Shown one piece after another: positions 54,825 through 64,000 of a stretch of 64,000 nucleotides of DNA; position 1 is the stretch's first letter; the number at the start of each line of letters is the position of its first letter. Under the pieces are notes generated by a model. That model was given only the letters and a program-made list of their open reading frames with translations, was not told the origin of the DNA and searched no databases. The DNA comes from Octopus vulgaris (lineage: Eukaryota), in the NCBI GenBank assembly GCA_951406725.2, contig OX597838.1:30876001-30940000 (forward strand), read 5' to 3'. The translations under genes were made by a program, and so were the position numbers.

Positions 54825-55390
54825 GGCGGCGAGCTGGCAGAAGCGTTAGCACGCCGGGCGAAATGCATAGCGGTATTTCGTCTGCCGCTACGTTCTGAGT
54901 TCAAATTCCGCCAAGGTCGACTTTGCCTTTCATCCTTTCGGGGTCGATAAATTAAGTACCAGTTACGCACTGGGGTCGATGTAATCGACTTAATCCCTTT
55001 GTCTGTCCTTGTTTGTCCCCTCTGCGTTTAGCCCCTTGTGGGTAGTAAAGAAATAGGTATTTCATCAGTCGCTACGTTCCGAGTTCAAATTCCGCCGAGG
55101 TCGACTTTGCCTTTCATCCTTTCGGGGTCGATTAAATAAGTACCAGTTACGCACTGGGGTCGATATAATCGACTTAATCCGTTTGTCTGTCCTTGTTCGT
55201 CCCCTTGTGGGTAGTAAAGAAATAGGTATTTCGTCTGTCTTTATGTTCCGAGCTCAAATTCCGCCGAAATCGACTTTGCCTTTTCATCCTCTCAGGGTCG
55301 ATAAATTAAGTACCAGTTGCGTACTAGGGTCGATCTAATCGACTAGCCTCCACCCCCAAAATTTCGAGCCTTGTGCTTAGAGTAGAAAAG
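54825..55390 (+). mobile_element. SINE family B trimer bounded by one 18-bp TSD
   Basis: aatatat(g/a)tacggccaca at 54806-54823 and 55391-55408. Confidence 0.92.
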
Positions 55391-55552
55391 AATATATATA
55401 CGGCCACACTATCTGGAGTGTCTGTCCTTCCTATTGTTTTAGATAACAGTGTGAAGTGAGGGAGATGTGGCTGCTATATCTAATAAGTCAAATGAACATG
55501 TAAAATCATATATGGCTGTTGTTGAGTTACATTCACGGTTCTTTTTTTTTTT

Positions 55553-55739
55553 TATTTGTTTTAGTCATTCGACTACGGTCATGCTGGAGCAGCGCCTTGA
55601 AATCGACTCCCAGGATTCATTTTTTTAAAGTCTAGTACTTATTCTATCGGTATCTTAGACCGAACTGCTAAGTTACGGGGACGAAAACACACCAACAACG
55701 GATGTCAAGCGGTGATGGGAGACAAACACAGGCACAAAG

Positions 55740-55804
<65 letters not shown>

Positions 55805-55990
55805 CACACACATATACACACAAACATATACGAGGTCTTCTATCAGTTTCGTCTACCAAATCCACTTACAAGACTTCAGTCGGCCCAAGGCTATAATAGA
55901 AGATACTTGCCCAAGGTGTCACGCAGTGGGACTGAACCCGGAACCATGTAGTTGGGAAGGAAACTTCTCACCACACAGCCACGCTTGCGT
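55553..55990 (-). mobile_element. SINE family A, more diverged
   Basis: Reverse-complement copy with a central (CA)n. Confidence 0.85.
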
Positions 55991-57272
55991 CTATTCTCAC
56001 AATTCTTTGAATATTTTTAGAACAACATTACTTTGATCGTTACAAGTCACCTCTTTTTAGGTTCGTTTTACTCCGGCTTCTCCACTGCAACACTGCATCT
56101 AACTTATGAAAAGTAGACCCATATACTACGTGCCGGTCTTCTTTCAGATCTTTGTAATTTTTCGATATTAAAAAGTGACAAACGACTTCTTGTTTTTGTT
56201 GTTGTTTAACCCCAGGTCAGCCCTACTCCTGTAGATCTATGATCAAAGGTTTTAAATAATGAATATTTCTTAGTTCTTTTACCAAGCAGAGTCTTTTTAT
56301 AATTATATTATCCATTTTGTCGTTTTTGTTTCTTTTCTTAAAACAGTAGGAAATGATTTGAAGGAGACTTGGTTGTCATCTTTAGCAGATCGAACAACCA
56401 AGTATATGCACCCTCAGTGTTTGATCAACAAAATTACTTTCATTCAGTGCTGATAACTCAAACTTGTACTTAGAGTACTCTTTAACAACCAATACACGCA
56501 TTTTTTAAATCACGGAGATTTTTGTTATCTAAATGAGTACAAGTGATCTATGTTCCTAGTCTTAAATGTATAAACGGTTTGCTGTTACAATGAGATCCTG
56601 TCAACTGCTGATTAAGATAAAAGAGAAACATCTTAGGTTTACAGCCTACTTTACGAGGACTGCTTAATCATTTGTGTAGTGGCCGGATTCTGTTAGTGCT
56701 TCAGTAAAATTAAAATAAATCTACTTCATAGCTCAAACTGACTCTGGAAGACTGTCACAGCAGTCTACTTTTTCTTCCATCATCGGTTGCTTCACCATTC
56801 CTTTGTTGTCATTCAAGAATTGTGCCTTTGATTTTAATTAAAATAAAAAGTAGAGTATACACATTAGACTGCAAACCTAATATACTTCTCCTTAACTTTT
56901 AACTTAAACAGCAGCTGACATAATCCCATAATTACATTGGTAACAAAAAGCTATCTGACGTTTAAGGCTAGAAATATAAGAAGCGCACGCGAAACACACA
57001 CATGTATCTAGTCAAATGGATTTCTGTTTGATTGGTATTTAATTTATCGACCATCGGTAAAGATGACACGTGTTGCTTTGAATCACAGATGTAACACATC
57101 CACGTTAAGTTGGATAAAAATGTTATCATTTTGCCATAATAACGCCTGCATCGTTAATGACCAGTTTTTCAAGTGGGTTGTTGGTTGTGAGCGACACCAA
57201 GTACACAGTCACTGATTCTCCCAATATCGATGGAAGAGAGATTCAGCCTTCCACCATGTTGTATTAATGGAT

Positions 57273-57322
57273 GGCTGTTACTGATGAGGCGCTAAACGCC
57301 GAAATTACGTGATACAACAGTT
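57273..57322 (+). ncRNA. Minimal type I hammerhead ribozyme (Penelope type)
   Basis: ctgtta CTGATGA ggcg-ctaaa-cgcc GAAA ttacgtga TA caacag: intact core, 4-bp stem II, palindromic loop-less stem III (attacgtgat), stem I ctgtt/aacag with one A.C mismatch next to the core. Confidence 0.75.
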
Positions 57323-57354
57323 CCGCTACTGTTGCTGGACATTTCTCATCTGCT

Positions 57355-57772
57355 TTACTCTTTTACTCTTTTACTCTTTTACTTGTTTCAGTCATTTGAC
57401 TGCGGCCATGCTGGAGCACCGCCTTTAGTCGAGCAAATCGACCCCGGGACTTATTCTTTGTAAGCCCAGTACTTATTCTATTGGTCTGTTTTGCCGAACC
57501 GCTAAGTAACGGGGACGTAAACACACCAGCATCGGTTGTCAAGCAATGCTAGGGGGACAAACACAGACACACAATCATATACACACACACACATATATAT
57601 ACATATATACGACAGGCTTCTTTCAGTTTCCGTCTACCAAATCCACTTACAAGGCATTGGTCGGCCCGGGGCTATAGCAGAAGACACTTGCCCAAGATGC
57701 CACGCAGTGGGACTGAACCCGGAACCATGTGGTTGGTTAGCAAGCTACTTACCACACAGCCACTCCTGCGCC
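57355..57772 (-). mobile_element. SINE family A
   Basis: Full-length copy, very similar to 16562-17021. Confidence 0.9.
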
Positions 57773-57925
57773 TATATCTCTGTGCACAAGATGCTTATAC
57801 ACGAGACTCTCAAGGTGACTACTGCTGTATAACGGCACTCTTATGACGCATCCACGTTGAATAAGATGCAAAAATTGACATTCGCTAAATAACACTGACT
57901 CCACCGTAAATATCTAATATCTAAA

Positions 57926-57986
<61 letters not shown>

Positions 57987-58186
57987 TGATAATTATAGTA
58001 ATAAAACTAAATTGATAAAGGAAATAATTTTAGTTCTTTCGTATTTTGGCAAAAGGCTAGCACTTGTAGGAGCGGGTGGGGGTGGGGGAATGAAGAGCAG
58101 ATTTTGGTCTTGGCGGGCTTTAAACTCAGAATTCGCAAACCATTTTATCCGATGCGTTCAAAGATTCTCATAAATCGCCGACTTCA

Positions 58187-58227
<41 letters not shown>

Positions 58228-58228
<1 letters not shown>

Positions 58229-58378
58229 ATCGATCCTCAGCACCCAACTGGTTCTTAATTTATTGACCACGAAAAGATGTAAGGCAAAGTGGACCTCGCC
58301 GGAATTTGAACTCAGAACGTAAAGACGAACGAAATGCCGCCAAGCATTTTTGCCCGGCGTGTTAACGATTCTGCCAGG
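58228..58378 (-). mobile_element. SINE family B, partial and diverged
   Basis: ggaatttgaactcagaacgtaaagacgaacgaaatgccgccaagcatttt..aacgattctgccag. Confidence 0.78.
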
Positions 58379-58406
58379 TTACCACATGAATAATAATAAT
58401 AATAAC

Positions 58407-58438
<32 letters not shown>

Positions 58439-58549
58439 CAATAACAACAACAACAACAACAACAACAGCAACAACAACAACAACAACAACAATAATAATA
58501 ATAATAATAATGATAATAACCGTAGTAGTTGCAGTAACAGTAATAGCAT

Positions 58550-58603
<54 letters not shown>

Positions 58604-58724
58604 GACCAATAGTAACAATACTAAACGCAAGGTCGGCGGTATCTATGGTGAATAGAATCTTATTTTCTCTCCAATTTTTAATTAGTAAATGAGTTAATTA
58701 AATTTTTAATCTTTACTCCTCCAC

Positions 58725-58728
58725 CACA

Positions 58729-58760
<32 letters not shown>

Positions 58761-59133
58761 TTCTTCTTCTTCTTTTTCCTTTTCCTCCTCCTTCTCCTCC
58801 TTTTCTTATTTTTCTTCTTAATTTTCTTCTTCTTCTTCTCCTCCTCTCCTCCTCCTCCTCCTCCTTCTTTTTCTTTTTCTTCTTCTTCTTCTCTTTTTTC
58901 TTCTTCTTCTTCTTCTTCTTCTTCTTCTTTTTCTTCTTCTCCTTTTTCTTTTTCTTCTTCTTCTTCTTCCTTTTCTTTTTCTTTTTCTTCTCCTTTTTCT
59001 TTTTCTTCTTCTTCTTCTTCTTCTTCTTCTTCCTCTTCTACTCCTTCTTCTTCTTCTTCTTCCTTTTCTTTTTCTTTTTCTTCTTCTCCTTTTTCTTTTT
59101 CTTCTTCTTCTTCTTCTTCTTCCTCTTCTACTC

Positions 59134-59165
<32 letters not shown>

Positions 59166-59370
59166 CCTTCTTCTTCTTTTCCTCTTCTTTTTCTTCTTCT
59201 TCTTCTTTTTCTTCCTTTTCTTCTTCTTCATCATCATCTTCTTTTTCTTCTTCTTCTTCTTCTTCCTTTTCTTCTTCTTCATCATCATCTTCTTCTTCTT
59301 CTTCTTCTTCTTCTTCTTCTTCTTCTTCTTCTTCTTCTTCTTCTTCTTCTTCTTTGTCTTCTTCTTCTTT
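58725..59370. repeat. (CTT)n-rich polypyrimidine tract
   Basis: Seen directly; explains the K/R-rich ORF. Confidence 0.95.
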
Positions 59371-59910
59371 GTCGAGAATATTTTTTTGTCATGTTCTGTG
59401 ACTATATTAAGCATAAAACTAATTACACGTGTTTTTAATTAATTACAATAGAATTTCATTTTTAATTATAAATTTTATTGTAACTTTTTGTATGTTGGTG
59501 TGTGTGTGTGTGCGCATGCGCATGCGAACGTGCGTGCACGTGCGTGTTGGGTTTTGTCTCAGTCATCTGCCGACTTGCTATCTCTTTCTCTCTGTGTGTA
59601 TGTGTATGTACACACACGCACAGACACACACACACACGTATACACACACACATATAATACATGTGTGTGTGTGTCTGTGTGTGTAGGAACGTGTGTGTAT
59701 CTGTATATGTACATGTGTATATAGATATATGTATGTATATATAATATATATATATACATACATACATATATATACATATATATACATACATATATACATA
59801 AATATGTATATATATGTATATATATGCATATATATACATATATGTAGGTATATATATATATGTCTATATGTATATGTGTATATATATATATGTACATATA
59901 TATACATACA

Positions 59911-59946
<36 letters not shown>

Positions 59947-60051
59947 CATACATATATACATATATATACGTACATACATATATACATAAATATGTATATA
60001 TATATATATATATATATTTGCATATATATATATACATATATACATATATGT

Positions 60052-60171
<120 letters not shown>

Positions 60172-61498
60172 GTCAATACCTCCCTCTACCCTGTATATAT
60201 TTCTCGTATTTCAGTCAAAACCTTCCTTCTTTCTCTCTTTCTCTCTCCTCTCTCTTCCTCCTCGCATCCCCTTCTCTACATCCCTTCTCCCCTCCTTTAC
60301 CCATTCTGTATGTGTATGTATGAATGTATGTATGCCTATGCATGTATTCCCCCCATGCATGTATGTATGTATGTATGTAACCCACAATCCCCTCCCACAA
60401 TCCCTGTCTCCCTAAAGTCTTTCACGCATTTATTTTCTTCTTCTTCCCTCATCAACTGGTCTGCATGCATCTCAGACTCTGAGTATGCGTGTGTGCGTGT
60501 ATACGTGTGCGTGTATACGTGTGCGTGTTTGTATGTGTGTGTGTGTGTGTGTGTGTGTTTTGTGTGTGTCCTTGCCTGCGTGTCAGTATATAAATATAGG
60601 TATACAGAGATACAGACATATGTGTGCATTATACACACACACACACGTATATGTTTGTGTGTGTCTATATAGGTGTGTGTGTATGTATGTGTGTATGTGT
60701 GTGTATGTATGTATATGCATGTGTATGTATTTAGGTAAGTATGTATGTATGTATGTATGAATGTATGTATGTATGTATGTATGTATGTATGTATGTATGT
60801 ATGTATGTATGTATGTATGTATGTATGTATGTATGTATGTATGTATGTATGTATGTATGTATGTATGTATGTTTGTATGCATGTATGCATGTATGCATGC
60901 ATGTATGTATGCATGTATGTATGTATGTATGCATGTATGTATGCATGTATGTATGTATGTATGTATGTATGTATGTATGTATGTATGCATGTATGTATGT
61001 ATGTATGTATGTATGTATGTATGTATGCAACCGAGAAGAACGGAGTAAGTCCTTGTATTTCATTGATTTACAATTGTTTCACCGAAAATCGATTTAATGA
61101 GCATTGCTATATTACGCAATAGTTTATGCAACCATTGATACCAGAAGTATCATAGACAGAAAATCGAAGATCGATTCCTCAGAATAATGCATAAAAATTA
61201 TTTGCTGTGGACACTTGAGTTAACGATAATTTGTACCTGTATCTAGTTGGGTGTGTTTAAATGGTTTACATTTACATATTACAAGCCTTATGAAATCATG
61301 TGTGTGTGTGTGTGTGTGGGGGGAGTTATACTTTCCAAAGCCTCACTATGGACAAAATAAGAATGTAAGCATATTTTCTCTATGTAAAATTCATCATTCA
61401 CATACCTAGAATATAGACACGCAAACACAGACACGCAAACATACCCCCCACACACACACACATGCACGCATACATGCACGCATACATGCACATACATA

Positions 61499-61652
61499 TA
61501 CGATGGATTTCTTTCAGTTTCTGCCTACCAAATCTCCTCACAAGGCTTTGGTCGACCCGAGGCTATAGGAGAAGACACTTGCCCAAGGTGCCAAGTAGTG
61601 GGACTGAACCAGGAACCATGTGGTGGTAAGCAACCTACTTATCACACAGCCA
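61499..61652 (-). mobile_element. SINE family A 5' half
   Basis: ttctttcagtttctgcctaccaaatc..ggactgaaccaggaaccatgtgg..cacacagcc. Confidence 0.82.
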
Positions 61653-61694
61653 TATATTATATACATTACATATTATAAGTATATATGTATATGT

Positions 61695-61745
<51 letters not shown>

Positions 61746-61883
61746 CATATATATACATATATATATACATATATGATATATATATATATATAAATATATA
61801 GATACGTATATTTACACTATATATTATATATATGTACAATATATATTATATAATATATATATACACATATATATATATATATA

Positions 61884-62430
<547 letters not shown>

Positions 62431-62599
62431 TATACAATGTACAGAGCCTTATTACTTTATTCCATGTAAAAGCCATTTCAAACATAGCCATTTTTCTTGA
62501 TATTCTAACTTTCTATATTTAACATGCCAGCCATGATTTTTTCTGGAATATATATATGTCAGCCATTTTAATTCTTTCTATATCTAATATTTTCCTTCA

Positions 62600-63510
62600 A
62601 ATTTTCCTTTGTATTTCTTGTCTCTTTTTTTTTGTTTGTTTTCCTTTCTTACATTCTTTTATTCTTCTGCCTTTCTTTTAGTTTTTCATTTATTCATTTT
62701 TATCGTTTGTTCATTTATTTGCCTAATCTTTCATTCTTTTTGTTGTTTTATTTTTCGGTCAGACATCTTATTATCTATTTCAGCCTTTCTTCACCGTTTT
62801 CCAAGGTTTCAGTTTTCATTTTTCTTTCTTACATTTTCGTTCGTTCGTTCCTACATTCGTTCCTTCTTTCCTTCATTCCTTCCTCTCATTCTCTTACTTT
62901 TTCTTTTTCTTTCTTTCTTCTCTCTCGCTTTCTCGTGTCTTTCTTCTTTCCTTCTTTCTTTTTCTTATCTTCCTTCCTTCCTTCCTTCCTTCCTTCCTTC
63001 CTCTCTCTCTTTTTTCGTTCTTACATTTTCGTTCCTTCATTCGTTCGTCCTTCATTCCTTCCTTCTTTCCTTCCTTCCTTCCTTCCTCTCACTCTCTTAC
63101 TTTTTTATTTTTCTTGTTTTCTTCTTTCTTTCCTTTCTTTTTCTTATCTTCCTCGCTTCCTTCCTCTCTCTCTCTCTCTCTCTTTCCTTCTTTCTTTCTT
63201 TCTCTCTTTCTCGTGTCTTTCTTCTTTCCTTCTTTCTTTTTCTTATCTTCCTTCCTTCCTTCCTTCCTTCCTTCCTCTCTCTCTTTTTCTTTCTTTCTTT
63301 CTCTCTTTCTCGTGTCTTTCTTCTTTTTTTCCTTTTTCCTTCTTATTTTTGTTCTTTCCTTCTTTTCTTCTATCCTTCTTTTGTACCTTCTTCGATTATT
63401 CATTTACTTTTTTCCTTTATTTCTTTTCTCGTTCTCTCTTCATCAACTCCCTTTTATGTTTCAGCGAGTTTTTTCATTCTTTCTTTCATCCATTCTTTAT
63501 ATTCTTTCAA
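62600..63510. repeat. CT-rich low-complexity region with internal duplications
   Basis: tttctcgtgtctttcttc recurs at ~62928, 63206 and 63306; ttacattttcgttc recurs at ~62829 and 63021. Confidence 0.85.
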
Positions 63511-63610
63511 GTTTATACAGAGCTATAGACATACATGCATGTACGCATGCGTACATAGATATGTGTGCGTGTGTATTTATACGTAGATATGTTTACATAC
63601 ATACGCGCAT

Positions 63611-63643
<33 letters not shown>

Positions 63644-63785
63644 TACACGCACACACACACACATATATATACATACATTTGTACATACACATATGTACAC
63701 ACGTATATATGTCCTGTGTGTGCGTTTATATATATTTATACGTACATATGCTTACCTGCATATAGACACGCACGTATGTGTGTCT

Positions 63786-63855
<70 letters not shown>

Positions 63856-64000
63856 ATATACATTTATACATAGACACAAGTACACACGTGTGTGTGTCTG
63901 AATATATAATGTATGTTTAAATATGTACATGCACATACATGTACTATGTACATATATGTATGTATCTATGTATGTATGTATATATGTATGTATGTATGTA

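Noticed and set aside
58818-59414. Protamine-like K/R-rich ORF
   Set aside because: Reverse strand of a (CTT)n tract.
62609-63920. F/S/L-rich membrane-protein-like ORFs
   Set aside because: CT low-complexity sequence, which lacks stop codons by composition.

Overview
Repeat-dominated eukaryotic DNA with no host protein-coding gene that I can support. The SINE families and the very dense (TA)n/(CA)n/(TATG)n/(TATC)n/(ATT)n microsatellites suggest an Octopus-like cephalopod genome (inference), probably intronic or intergenic. Almost all long ORFs in the track are microsatellite artefacts. Interpretable content: a decayed, internally deleted Helitron (PIF1 helicase pseudogene, 5' TC end at 4680); a 3.3-kb TA-flanked pogo-like DNA transposon with HTH, deleted DDE and intact PHD finger, carrying four nested insertions; about 35 copies or fragments of four tRNA-derived SINE families; a cluster of R4/Dong-like RLE LINE 3' fragments inside (ATT)n; Tx1/L1 and CR1 fragments; mariner and rosa-like relics; Penelope-type minimal hammerhead ribozymes; and several foldback structures. 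The most notable observations are a SINE that inserts as a variable-copy concatemer (18-bp TSD around a trimer, plus a ~9-unit array) with a candidate partner-LINE tail in the window, the hammerhead motifs, and recurrent inverted duplications tied to (TA)n. Coordinates were read by eye and element ends are approximate unless a TSD or TIR is quoted.
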